A stretch of 64,000 nucleotides of DNA, from the NCBI GenBank assembly GCA_963783665.1, contig CAWANZ010000007.1, forward strand, positions 28,793 through 92,792, in the 5' to 3' direction. This stretch comes from Candidatus Aminicenantes bacterium. GTDB lineage: Bacteria > Acidobacteriota > Aminicenantia > Aminicenantales > UBA4085. Below the pieces are notes generated by a model. That model was not told the DNA's origin and made no database searches. It saw only the letters and a list, made by a program, of their open reading frames with translations. Both the position numbers and the translations under genes were made by a program. Below, in pieces: positions 50,503 through 59,982 of the stretch. Position 1 is the first letter of the stretch. Each line of letters opens with the position of its first letter.

Positions 50503-51711
50503 GGGATATCCTTTCCAACGATGATGGGATTGCTGCAAATCCAGGGAACGTCGGGGCGGAGCGGCGTCCGTTCCCGGAGGTAAACTTCGACCCGGTAGGC
50601 GCCCGGGTCGCGGGCTTCGTAGACGAGGTTCGTCCCCGTGGCCCGGGCGACGACTGCGCCCTTGTGAAGGAGGCGCGTTTCATGGGCGAAGGAATAAGGG
50701 GTTTGAACATGGAGGACGGTTGGGGAGCCGTTTCCGCCTTCCGCCGGAAGCGGAATCCGGTCGGGTCGGCGGCGCCTTCGACGGCGCTGTAAAAGCGTCC
50801 TTGCCGGAGGGCGTCGAGGATCGCCCGGGACGCGTCGGCGAAGTCGACGGGGGCGAGGGAATCCAATTGCACGTGGATATTCAGGACACTCAGCCCGGTT
50901 TCGAAAAAATAGCGGTGGGCGTCCACGCCGTAATAGCCTGAGATGGGGCCGGCTGAGGAATCGGTCAGCTGGTCCCATTTCCGGATCGTCTCGGTCGGAG
51001 GATCCAGGATCTTGAGCAGGGCCATCTCCGGTTTGAGGAAGAGCGCGGGAAGATCAAGGAGCGACCCGACCCAGCCGCGCCGGAGGTCGGCGTCGACGTT
51101 CATGATCTCGATCCCGTCGAATTCCGTTTGCTCGCCCCAGGACCAGCGCGTTTTGGAATAGGGGTGGGCGACGACGGTAAAACCCCCGAGCGATCGGACC
51201 TCGCGGACCGCCAGGTCGGCATTCTGGGAGAAAGGCGGGAAGGCCGATTGAATCCCAGGGCGACCAGGTGGCCGCGGCTGGAGGAGATCTCCGTTCCGGC
51301 GATGACCAGGACCCGGCCGATTTTCCCCTGGGACTCCAGGGACGGAAGATTGGGAGCTCCATGATCCGTGAGGATGACAAAATCCAGGCCGGCCCTCTCG
51401 GCCGCGGCGGCGACCTCGGCAACGGTTTTCGCCCCGTCGGAATGGCGGGTGTGAAGATGATAGGCGCCGCGAAGCTCGACGGGCTCGGGCGGCCCCGTGC
51501 GGCCTTGGATTACCGCGCTTCCGGGGGTAAGGATCTCCGCTCGGACGATTTCCGGCGGGGTGACGTATCTTTTAAAGGAAACGACCTGGAAGACGATCCA
51601 GGCCGCATAAGCCGCCAAGACGAAAACCAGGATCACCCGTATCGGGCGCCGCCGCCTGTTCGCGGCGGCCGGTTCCGGATGATGATCCTCAGTGGGCCTG
51701 GGCCGGGTCAT
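50499..51711 (-). CDS. Membrane-anchored PHP-domain (CehA/McbA-like) metal-dependent phosphoesterase, frame-shifted
   Basis: An N-terminal Arg-rich segment is followed by a TM helix (RRRRPIRVILVFVLAAYAAWIVF). PHP motifs are GAYHLHTRHSDG and LDFVILTDHG. It continues in ORFs 50297..51103 and 50499..50978. Its stop overlaps the kinase start (ATGA). Confidence 0.6.
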
Positions 51712-52972
51712 GGGCTTCCTTTTCGAGGCGCTTGGCCGCGAAAGGCAGGGAGATCAAGACTAAAAAGAGCTGGGCGATTTCGGAGTCGCCGAAGTTGTAT
51801 TCGAAGAATCCGGCGACGAACAGGGCGGTCAGCACGGCCAGGGCCCCGATCCCGATTTTGCGGAGCAAGACCGAGTCGGGAGGCGCCGGCGAGTCCGGCT
51901 TCCGCCGGAACGGCCAGAGGCCGATGAAGGCCAGAGCGACGAACGCGAGCCAGGCCGCCAAGGTGACGATCCCGCGCTCGGCCGCGATCTGAATGACGTT
52001 GCTGTGAAGATGGACGTTGTGCTTGGCGTATTCGCCCAGGCCGTATTTCTCGTTCTGGAAGACCATGTCCACGGTGTCGGGACCGGTTCCAAACAGGGGA
52101 TAATCGCCGATGATTTTCATCCCCGTCTTAAAATATTGAACGCGGGCGATGTTCGAGTTGTCGCGCATCGTGAAGATGCTCAGGGCGCGATCCCGGATCG
52201 ATTTCGGAGCGGCCAGAAAACCGAGGGCGGCCACGACCGGCAGGATGATCAGGGCTTTGGGCTTCCAGAGAAACAAGGCGACAACGAGGGCGGCCCCGAT
52301 GCCGATCCAGGCTCCCCGGGTATACGTCAGCAGATTGGCCGCCACGGCCAGGATCAGGGCCATGCCCCAGACGGCTCGCTCGGCCCCGACGAGCTTGACG
52401 TCCGTGGCTCCGGAGGAGGCGTTCGGCCGCCGTCCGAAACCGCCGAAGAGATATCCCAGGGCGAAGGAAATGAACAGGGCCGTGATCCCGGCCTGGGTCA
52501 TGTAATGGCTCATGAAGGCGTCGACCCGCTCGACGTCCGTCGTGAGCCGGCAGAAAATCGCATAGACGCCGTTCGTCGCAGCCGAAACAAGGGCCGCCCC
52601 GAGGAGCAGCCGGAGGTCCTCCCGGCGGCGGACGGCAGCCTGCGCGACCGGGACGGCGAGAATGAGGAGCAGCTCGCGCGAATCCCAAAAGCTCATCCTC
52701 GGATTGACCGAGGCGGCCGAGGACACGAGGGAGAGGGCGGCATAAACGACCAGGGCCCAGAAGAAGACCGGAACGTCAAAGCGCCGTTTTTTCCGGATGA
52801 GGAGGATGATCCAGGCGGCCAGGGCGATCGCCAGGAATCCCTGGGTCAGGCTGATCGAGATCTGGGAGAATAGAAGCGAGGCGGCCAGGGCGCAGACCAG
52901 GACCATGTCTCCGGCCGGCCGGCCGGCGAAAAGACGGCGGAAAAAGGAGCTCATAAGCCCGCAGTATAGCAT
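51689..52972 (-). CDS. O-antigen ligase family (Wzy_C) membrane protein
   Basis: Intact 427-aa polytopic ORF. The loop YTRGAWIGIGAALVV...RVQYFKTGMKIIGDYPLFGTGPDT is typical of WaaL/O-antigen ligase-like proteins. Confidence 0.8.
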   Translation of the reverse strand: MLYCGLMSSFFRRLFAGRPAGDMVLVCALAASLLFSQISISLTQGFLAIALAAWIILLIRKKRRFDVPVFFWALVVYAALSLVSSAASVNPRMSFWDSRELLLILAVPVAQAAVRRREDLRLLLGAALVSAATNGVYAIFCRLTTDVERVDAFMSHYMTQAGITALFISFALGYLFGGFGRRPNASSGATDVKLVGAERAVWGMALILAVAANLLTYTRGAWIGIGAALVVALFLWKPKALIILPVVAALGFLAAPKSIRDRALSIFTMRDNSNIARVQYFKTGMKIIGDYPLFGTGPDTVDMVFQNEKYGLGEYAKHNVHLHSNVIQIAAERGIVTLAAWLAFVALAFIGLWPFRRKPDSPAPPDSVLLRKIGIGALAVLTALFVAGFFEYNFGDSEIAQLFLVLISLPFAAKRLEKEAHDPAQAH

Positions 52973-53019
52973 TTATTTTCAGCGGATTAAACGCCGTGGA
53001 CCGGGCTGGCTCGTATCGC

Positions 53020-53268
53020 GTCTTCCTCGGCAATCGATATGGCCTTCGCTCACGCGTCCGGTTCTTAACGGGCTTTCTCGATTAGTCTAGCTTGGCGTCG
53101 AAGAACTAGTCGTCCCGGAAGACTTCCTTACGGTTAAAGCCATAGGACGCTGCAACAAATTCGATGGGCATAGCTATCATGGGAGAAGGCATCCGAAGCA
53201 CGAGATCGAAGAATGTTCCCTAAACCGGACGATGCTTCGTCTCGGCCATATCACGGCCGACAGGAAGG
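53020..53268 (+). repeat. Foldback intergenic repeat, copy 2 (outer arms degenerate)
   Basis: GATATGGCCTTCGCTCACGCGTCCGGTTCTTAACGGGCTTTCTCGATTAG...CCCTAAACCGGACGATGCTTCGTCTCGGCCATATC. The first ~115 nt and last ~45 nt align with copy 1. It is in the same orientation. Confidence 0.65.
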
Positions 53269-53328
53269 CGACAAGTGCCCCAGAATGCCTGCCCGGTCCT
53301 GGCGTTTTGACATCGCGAAAATGTGGGA

Positions 53329-54387
53329 TTACGGGTGGAGGAAGGGCCGGGAAGCGGAAAAGACGGCGTCCGGGGTGATTGCCCGGAGGCAGCGGAAATC
53401 GCCGGTGACGCATTCGTGCTGCCGGCAGGGGCGGCAGTCCAATTCCGTCTGAAGGATGACGGTGTTGGCCGAGTTGAGGCCGGGGCGCCAGGGGCCGAAC
53501 ACCGCCGGAAGCGTCGGGCCGAAATAGACGACGAGGGGAGTGCCGGTGCTCGCGGCCAGGTGCATCGGCCCGCTGTCGGGGCCGACGAAGAGGGCCGATC
53601 GGCCGATGAGCTCGCGGATCTCGATGAAATCGAGGCGGCCGCAGAGAGGGAAAAACCGGCGGGACGAAAGGCGCTCGGCGAGCCGGCTTTCCCTCGACTG
53701 GTCGCCTGCTCCGCCGATCGAGGCGACGGCGATTCCCGGGATCTCCAGGAATAGGGCGGCCAGGGAGGCGATATTTTCCTCTCCCCAATCCCGGAAGGCG
53801 TTTCCGGCGCCGATGTGAAGGACGACGAGCGGGAGGGGGATTCGTCCGGCGCGTTCCGGGGATATTTCGGCGGCCAGGGCGTCGATCCGGACGATTTCTT
53901 CCGGCGTTGCGGGCGGAAGAGAGAGGGCTGGGATGTCGTCTTTCCCGAATTCCATCCCCAGGGCCCGGACCAGGCCGGCGTGGGTTTCGACGGAATGGAT
54001 GGGGGCGTCCGTTCCCCGTCGGGGCGCGGTTTTATGATAAAGCAGGCCCTTCGATTTGATGGCATGGCCGATTTTAAGCCGCGCGCCTCCGAACAAGGCG
54101 ATCCAAGAGGCCCGCGGGCCGCCGTGAAAATCCAAGAGGGCGTCGTACCGCTCCTTCCGAAGGGAGTGGATGAACCGGATGAAGTCCGGGCGCTTTTGCT
54201 TCACGGGAACAACGATGGCCCGGTCGATCAAGGGATGGCCTTCGATCAGGCGGCGATAGGGCTCCTCGACGACATAGGTCAGGGACGCTTCGGGGAAACC
54301 GCGCTTGAGCAGGGCGACGGCGGGAGTCGTCAAGACGATATCGCCGAGGCGGCGAAAGCGGACAAGAAGGATGGAACGGGGAGTCAA
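53329..54387 (-). CDS. Glycosyltransferase family 9 (LPS heptosyltransferase-like)
   Basis: Intact 352-aa ORF: ILLVRFRRLGDIVLTTPAVALLK..FP.A.LTYVVEEPY, then VVLHIGAGNAFRDW, then FVGPDSGPMHLAA..GTP.V..FGPT. Confidence 0.85.
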   Translation of the reverse strand: MTPRSILLVRFRRLGDIVLTTPAVALLKRGFPEASLTYVVEEPYRRLIEGHPLIDRAIVVPVKQKRPDFIRFIHSLRKERYDALLDFHGGPRASWIALFGGARLKIGHAIKSKGLLYHKTAPRRGTDAPIHSVETHAGLVRALGMEFGKDDIPALSLPPATPEEIVRIDALAAEISPERAGRIPLPLVVLHIGAGNAFRDWGEENIASLAALFLEIPGIAVASIGGAGDQSRESRLAERLSSRRFFPLCGRLDFIEIRELIGRSALFVGPDSGPMHLAASTGTPLVVYFGPTLPAVFGPWRPGLNSANTVILQTELDCRPCRQHECVTGDFRCLRAITPDAVFSASRPFLHP

Positions 54388-54388
54388 C

Positions 54389-54577
54389 TCACTCTTTGAC
54401 CGCCCGGCCGGGCTCGATCGTCGATTCCTCGATCAGCATGACCGGGATGTCCTCCCTGATGGGGTAGACCCGGTGACAACGGCCGCACTTGAGCCCCTTT
54501 TCGTCGGCCGTCAGCTTGACTTCGGCCTTGCAGTCCGGGCAGGCGAGGATTTCGAGCAAGAAAGGATCGAGGGCCAT
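54389..54577 (-). CDS. Trm112/UPF0434-family small zinc-ribbon protein
   Basis: 62 aa: LLEILACPDCKAEVKL...GLKCGRCHRVYPIREDIPVML. Confidence 0.8.
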   Translation of the reverse strand: MALDPFLLEILACPDCKAEVKLTADEKGLKCGRCHRVYPIREDIPVMLIEESTIEPGRAVKE

Positions 54578-54680
54578 GGAAGTCTCCTCTCAGTTCGGTC
54601 CGCTAGCGGTAGAATACCCCGCCGCCGGGTTTCCGTCAATCCGATTGACAACATCCCGACGGGTGGAATACAAAGAGGCC

Positions 54681-55820
54681 GTGCGATTCGAATTCATCGG
54701 CGGCTTTACTCCGGGCTATCAGCGCAACGCCGTTCTCCGTAAAGGCCTGGACCGGCTTGGCGTCGAAACGGCCGTTTGCCGGGCTGGAGGGACGCTCAAG
54801 GCCTGGGCCCGGTACCCGCTTCTTTTCCTCGACGCCGGACGACAAGGATTTTGGCGGCCCGGTGGGGCTTCCCGCGGTCGGTGCCTCTTCGTCCCGGAGT
54901 TCTGCGCCAAGGACGTCCCGCTGGCCAAGTTTCTCTCGGTCCTCCAATCCCGCCCGCTGATTTTCGACCCCCTGGCCGCCCGTTTCGAGACGAAAATCGT
55001 CGATTGGGGCCGGGTGCGCCGGGGCACTCCCCAGGCCTGGTGGAATTTCAAGATCGATCAAGCGGCCTTCCATCTGGCCGACCTCGTCCTGGCCGACACG
55101 GCTGCCCATAAAGCCTATTACAGCGAGACGTACGGGACCGATCCCACCAAGATCGAGGTCCTGCCGCTGGGTTACGATGACGACGTCTTCCGCCCGGGGC
55201 CCGTCCGGGGTGCCCGGCCTTCCGGCCGGCCTCCGAAAAGCGGAATCTGGGTGCTTTTCTTCGGGTCCTTCCTGCCGCTTCACGGGGCCGAAATCGTCGC
55301 CGGCGCGGCCCGTCTCCTCCAGGATTCGGATCCGCCGATCAGGATCCGGCTGATTGGCGAGGGGCGGACGCTGGCCGCGACCAAGCGGGCGGCGGCCGGA
55401 GCGACGAATGTCACCTTCACCGGCCGCTTGCCGCTTGCCGCCCTGGCCAGGGCCGTGGAAGCGGCCGACATTTGCCTGGGGATCTTCGGTCCGACCGAGA
55501 AAGCCCGGCGCGTCGTTCCCCATAAAATCTACCAAGCGATGGGTTTGGGCCGGCCGGTCGTCACCCTGCGCACACCGGCGGTTGAGGAATTTTTCACCCA
55601 TAACGACAACATCGTCCTTGTGGATGAAGTCTCGCCGGATGCCCTGGCCCGGACCGTCCTGGCCCTGGCCCAGGACGCGGAGCGCCGCGAACGGATCGGC
55701 CGGGCGGGTTATGCTCTCGTCCGCCGCGACTTTACCCCCGAGGCCGTCGCCTTGCGCCTGGTCGAAATCGCCCGAAAGAGATTCGGGATGGCCTTTTCGC
55801 CGAAGAATCTGGTAAATTAA
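54681..55820 (+). CDS. Glycosyltransferase family 1
   Basis: GTG 54681 sits 5 nt after AAAGAGG and reads VRFEFIGGFTPGY. The GT-B C-terminal half is VLFFGSFLPLHGAEIV...FTGRLP...ADICLGIFG......VPHKIYQAMGLGRPVVT. The longer ORF-track start (54489) would overlap the Trm112 gene. Confidence 0.75.
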   Translation: MRFEFIGGFTPGYQRNAVLRKGLDRLGVETAVCRAGGTLKAWARYPLLFLDAGRQGFWRPGGASRGRCLFVPEFCAKDVPLAKFLSVLQSRPLIFDPLAARFETKIVDWGRVRRGTPQAWWNFKIDQAAFHLADLVLADTAAHKAYYSETYGTDPTKIEVLPLGYDDDVFRPGPVRGARPSGRPPKSGIWVLFFGSFLPLHGAEIVAGAARLLQDSDPPIRIRLIGEGRTLAATKRAAAGATNVTFTGRLPLAALARAVEAADICLGIFGPTEKARRVVPHKIYQAMGLGRPVVTLRTPAVEEFFTHNDNIVLVDEVSPDALARTVLALAQDAERRERIGRAGYALVRRDFTPEAVALRLVEIARKRFGMAFSPKNLVN

Positions 55821-55828
55821 TCTGGCCG

Positions 55829-56644
55829 ATGTTTGAATCGCGTTCGCTCGAAATCCCTCCCTACCGCGGCTTCGTCGCGGCCGCTCATGACGGCCCGGCT
55901 CTGAACGCGGTTGTGAGCGGCTTCCCGGCGATCCTCCGCTCCCCCTCGGCCGAAACCCTCCACGAGGGCCGGAACAGGATCACGGCGGTCCGGCTGTCAC
56001 CCGAGGTCGAAGCGGTCGTCAAGGTTTTCGGAGCGCGCGGATTCCACAAGCTTAAAACGCTCATTCTCCCTTCAAAGGGGATGCGGGCCTGGACGGGAGC
56101 CGTGGCCTTGAGCGAATGCGGATTCGGGACCCCCGGACCTATCGCCGTCTTCGAGCGGCGGCGCGGCGGGATCGCCGCCGAAAGCGTTTTCATCGCCGAA
56201 CGAGTCCGCGGCGGCCGGGAAATACGGGACGTGTTCCGGGCCGGCCCGGAATCGTCTTTGCCCGGTTTGATCGATACCATCGCTCCCGTTCTCGAGCGGC
56301 TCCACCGGGCCGGGCTCATCCATCGCGACCTTTCCGATGGGAACATTCTCGTCGTCGAAGGCGCGACCCCTTCGGATATCCGGTTTCTATTTCTCGACAC
56401 AAACCGGGTTCGGCGCCGCTTGCCGGGATGTTTCGGCCGGGCCCGGAACCTCGTCCGCTTGGGCGTTCCGCCCGGCCTCCGGGCGCGTTTCCTCGACCGA
56501 TACGCCGAGGCCGCCGGCCTCGGATTCCCCAGAAAACGGTTTGGTTTGTCGTATCGAGTGGCCAAGCGGTCATTCGAAACATGGCTGGCCCTGAAAAAGA
56601 CTCTCCGCCTCCGGACCCTGGCCCGGAAGCTCGGGATTCAATGA
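55829..56644 (+). CDS. Lipopolysaccharide kinase (Kdo/WaaP/InaA) family protein
   Basis: Intact 271-aa ORF with the catalytic loop LHRAGLIHRDLSDGNILV and FLFLDTNR. Confidence 0.8.
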   Translation: MFESRSLEIPPYRGFVAAAHDGPALNAVVSGFPAILRSPSAETLHEGRNRITAVRLSPEVEAVVKVFGARGFHKLKTLILPSKGMRAWTGAVALSECGFGTPGPIAVFERRRGGIAAESVFIAERVRGGREIRDVFRAGPESSLPGLIDTIAPVLERLHRAGLIHRDLSDGNILVVEGATPSDIRFLFLDTNRVRRRLPGCFGRARNLVRLGVPPGLRARFLDRYAEAAGLGFPRKRFGLSYRVAKRSFETWLALKKTLRLRTLARKLGIQ

Positions 56645-56651
56645 GGCGCGA

Positions 56652-57976
56652 ATGAGCTTCCCCTTCGAATGGAACGCCTTCGCCGACCAGCCGCATAACG
56701 TCGCCCCGCGGTCCGAGCGGACGAAGCACCACCTCCGTCGCTGGCCGGGGTACTTGGCCCTTGTCGGGCTGAACGCCGGCTGGAGCCCGCGTCTCTTTTG
56801 GCGGTACCGGCGATATCGCCGGGAGAGCTTCCGCCGCCCGGTCGAAATCAAGCCGGAGATGTTCGGGCTGGCGGTTTCCCCGCGTTTTGACCGGCCGGGC
56901 GAGACCGACGAAGTCATCAACCTCCTTCGGGAAAGCGGCGCCCGTCAAACCCTCTTCCGCCTGCCGTCCTGGGAGAAGGACCGGCTTGTCCGGTATGAGA
57001 ACTTCGCCCTCCGGCTCCGCAACGAAAAATTCGGGCTGACCGCCGCCCTCCTCCAGAAACGCGAGGACGTCTGCGCGCCCGGAGGGTGGTCGGCGTTTTT
57101 GAACGGAAGCCTTCGACCGGATCGGGCCCGTCTGCCCGTACTTTGAAGTCGGCCATGCCTGGAATCGGACCAAGTGGGGCGTCTGGGATCACGACGAGTA
57201 CCTGACCCTGGCCCGGGCGGCCGTTTCCGCCCGGAACAAATCCGGGGCGAAGTCGGTCAAGCTCATCGGGCCGGCGGTCATTGATTTCGAGTTCCACCTT
57301 TACCCGCCCGTCCTTCGGGCCGTGGACTTCGACGTCATCAGCTCGCTTCTCTATGTCGACCGGGTCGGGGCTCCGGAAAACGCCCAGTACGGCTTCACGG
57401 CGGCTAAAAAGATCGCCCTGTTCCGGTCTTATGCCGACGTCCTGTCCCGGCGACCCGTGCCGGCCTGGATCACGGAATTCAACTGGCCCCTGGAAAACAC
57501 CGGGCCGTGGTCGCCGGCCTCGGGCAAGCCCAATGTCAGCGAAGACGCGCAGGCCGACTTCCTCGTCCGGTATTACGTGATTGCCCTCGCCTCGGGCCTC
57601 ATCGACCGGGTCGTATTGGTGGCAACTGGCCGCTCCAGGATACGGCCTTGTCGATACCCGGGAATCGCCCTGGAGAAAGCGGCCTTCGTTCTTCGCCTAT
57701 TCGTTCCTCGTGTCCATGCTCTCCGGGAGCACGTTCCTCGGCAAAGAAGAGGCGGCGCCGGCCGGAGGGATGCCGGGGCGGTCCGAAGAAATCTATCATT
57801 TCCGGAAAGACGGCCGGGAATTCGCTCTGGCCTGGACGGTCGGAGGTCCGGGCCGTCGGTCTTTCGGCCGGACGGTCGGAGACGTCCTCGCTCGCGACGG
57901 CCAATCCTCGGCCAAGGACCGGGAGGGCGAAAGCATTTATCTTGACGGGAGTCCCCGCTATGTCCTCTTTGAGTAA
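56652..57976 (+). CDS. Hypothetical protein, possibly a TIM-barrel glycoside-hydrolase-like protein. Two frame shifts.
   Basis: Pieces are 56652..57146, 57322..57945 (first part) and 57581..57976, joined colinearly. The motifs EVGHAWNRTKWG, WITEFNWP and SEDAQADFLVRYYV resemble GH39/GH5-like catalytic strands. The assignment is weak. Confidence 0.45.
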
Positions 57977-58715
57977 ATTTACCAGGGACGGAGTTCGCGA
58001 TTACGAACAACGCCGCTATCGCGGCCTCGACCAGCGTCTTGTCCATGCCCGGGAAATGAAGCTGATACGGAATATGGTCGACCGCGTCCGTCCGGATACG
58101 GCCGGAGGCACCGCCCTGGACCTGCCCTGCGGCTATGGCCGCTTCACGTCCTTTCTTCGGGGCCGCGGATTTGCGGTCGTCGGAGCGGACCTTTCGGTCG
58201 AAATGGCCCGACGGGCGGCGGAAAACGCGGCCGGGGCCGGGACGACCCCTTTCTACCGGACGGTCGCGGCCGATGCCGGCCGGCTGCCCTTTCGCTCCGG
58301 AGCCTTCGCCCTGGTCTTTTCCATCCGGTTTTTTCACCACGTCCACACGCCCGAAGGACGGGCAGCCATTCTCCGGGAATTCCGCCGGGTGTCGGCCGGC
58401 TATGTCGTGGTCTCGTTTTACCGGGCCAACGGCCTCCACGTCTTTCAGCGCCGTCTCCGCCGGGTGTTCGGGAAAAGCCGGACGAACATCAAGATGCTCG
58501 AGCCCGGGGTTTTTGAGACGGCGGCGGCCGAGGCTGGATTTGAAGTCGTCAAGGTGAAGCCGCTGTTCCGCGGCCTCCACGCGTATCACCTGGCGCTTTT
58601 GAAAATCTCTGATTTTCAAAAGCGCCAGATCAACCGGGTGGGGACAGGTCGAAGACCTGTCCCCTGGGTCCTTCTTTTGTCTTTCGCTTACCGTTTGTTC
58701 AGAACTTATATTTGA
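57969..58715 (+). CDS. Class I SAM-dependent methyltransferase
   Basis: This is the last 248 codons of ORF 57507..58715, starting at MSSLSKF. SAM motif ALDLPCGYGRF...VGADLS, followed by FALVFSIRFFHH. The last ~40 codons run through two perfect hairpins, so the true stop may be earlier. Confidence 0.7.
   Translation: MSKFTRDGVRDYEQRRYRGLDQRLVHAREMKLIRNMVDRVRPDTAGGTALDLPCGYGRFTSFLRGRGFAVVGADLSVEMARRAAENAAGAGTTPFYRTVAADAGRLPFRSGAFALVFSIRFFHHVHTPEGRAAILREFRRVSAGYVVVSFYRANGLHVFQRRLRRVFGKSRTNIKMLEPGVFETAAAEAGFEVVKVKPLFRGLHAYHLALLKISDFQKRQINRVGTGRRPVPWVLLLSFAYRLFRTYI
58590..58628. terminator. Perfect 17-bp inverted repeat hairpin at a convergent gene junction
   Basis: CTGGCGCTTTTGAAAAT - CTCTG - ATTTTCAAAAGCGCCAG. 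Confidence 0.5.
58640..58664. terminator. Perfect 11-bp GC-rich hairpin followed by a T-rich tract (intrinsic terminator candidate)
   Basis: GGGGACAGGTC - GAA - GACCTGTCCCC, followed by TGGGTCCTTCTTTTGTCTTTC. Confidence 0.55.
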
Positions 58716-59931
58716 AACCGATTTTCAGCGAGATTCCCGACAGGTCCAGCTTGGCTTCGCGGGCATTCTCAACCCCGCTTTCGGCCGGCTTTTTCCCCCG
58801 GATGAAGATTAAGGAATAGGCCGTCTGGCTCGAAGTCCGGGCGTCGTAGGCGTACAACCGCCCTTCCTCGACGTAGGGCTCGTCGAGATTTTCATCTGCG
58901 TAGGAATCGCTCCCGGCGAAACCGGTAATGACGGCGTACCGGCCGCAGAGCTCAGCCGTCAAGCCCAGGCCGCGGGCGAGCGACAGGTCCAAGCCGATTC
59001 CTCCCAGCAGGCCGGCGCCGCCGGCGGTCGCCTCGCCCTGCCAATCGCGGAGAATTTCGCCGTAAGTGAACGCGTAGCGATAATCAGTCCTGGCGAAATA
59101 GTAGCCGACTCCGGCTTTCAGATATAGATAGTTCAAAGGATAATAGACGACGGCCAGGTGGACGGGAAGTGCGGAAAATCCAGGTTTGACCGTCAGAGTG
59201 GAGGGATTCAGGGGATCGGCGGAGAGCGTCAGGGCGCTTTCCCGCGAGGCCCAAATGTATTCGGCTCCGAAGGCGATCTTTAATCCCGGGGCGATCGCGA
59301 CCATCGCTTCCCCGCCGAGTTGGAGGCCGGACCGGACGGGCGAGACGGCCTTATCGGCGTTTCCGCCGGTCTGGGCTTCGTAAAAATCGGCCAAACCCTT
59401 GGCGCCCGTGTTCAGGTCGCCGACCAGCGTCAGGCCGCCACCGCCCCAGACGGCGAGGGAGAAGGGGCTTTCCGCCCCCGCGTCGGCGAGGATTTCGTCC
59501 GTGACCTCATAGACGGCCGGTTTATCCCTGGCCGTCGTGACGACTTCCGTTTTCGGCGCGGGGACTTTTACCGCCGGTTTCGTCTCCGGGGCCTTGACGA
59601 CGGGAGGCGGGACTGCGGCGACCGGAGGCGCGGCTGCCGGAACCTGGTTCAGGGGCATGACCAGGCTTTCGTGGACATAGCCGGTGACGTTGCCGGCGTC
59701 GTCGGGATCGAGCTTGATCAAGTACCATTCGCCTTCTTTCTGCTCGGCTTCGAGGATCGCGCCCGCGGGGAATTGCCGGATGATATTGCTGCCGATGGAC
59801 GGCTTGACCCGGATATTGGCGGTCTCGGCGGTCACTCTCAGCTTGATGGTATCCGAGCCGAAGGCGGCTGCGGCGAGGGTCCAGATTCCCAGCGAGGCGA
59901 GGACGAGGAAACGGGTCTGTCGATGTCTCAT
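58699..59931 (-). CDS. Outer-membrane beta-barrel-like protein with an N-terminal SH3b domain and a Pro/Ala-rich linker
   Basis: Intact 410-aa ORF with a signal peptide. The SH3-like segment is ANIRVKPSIGSNIIRQFPAGAILEAEQKEGEWYLIKL. The linker is PAAAPPVAAVPPPVVKAPETKP. Alternating beta strands follow, ending in ISLKIGFKYKF with a terminal Phe. Confidence 0.7.
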   Translation of the reverse strand: MRHRQTRFLVLASLGIWTLAAAAFGSDTIKLRVTAETANIRVKPSIGSNIIRQFPAGAILEAEQKEGEWYLIKLDPDDAGNVTGYVHESLVMPLNQVPAAAPPVAAVPPPVVKAPETKPAVKVPAPKTEVVTTARDKPAVYEVTDEILADAGAESPFSLAVWGGGGLTLVGDLNTGAKGLADFYEAQTGGNADKAVSPVRSGLQLGGEAMVAIAPGLKIAFGAEYIWASRESALTLSADPLNPSTLTVKPGFSALPVHLAVVYYPLNYLYLKAGVGYYFARTDYRYAFTYGEILRDWQGEATAGGAGLLGGIGLDLSLARGLGLTAELCGRYAVITGFAGSDSYADENLDEPYVEEGRLYAYDARTSSQTAYSLIFIRGKKPAESGVENAREAKLDLSGISLKIGFKYKF

Positions 59932-59982
59932 GTCGCACCCCTATCCGTCATCAAGGCCAGTATACCACGATTTTGAAAAGGT

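Noticed and set aside
54575-54578. The CCATGG site that would give the GT1 gene (plus) and the Trm112 gene (minus) overlapping divergent start codons.
   Set aside because: It would leave no promoter or RBS space. A GTG at 54681 with an AAGAGG Shine-Dalgarno and an MRFEFIGG-type N-terminus is a better start for the glycosyltransferase.
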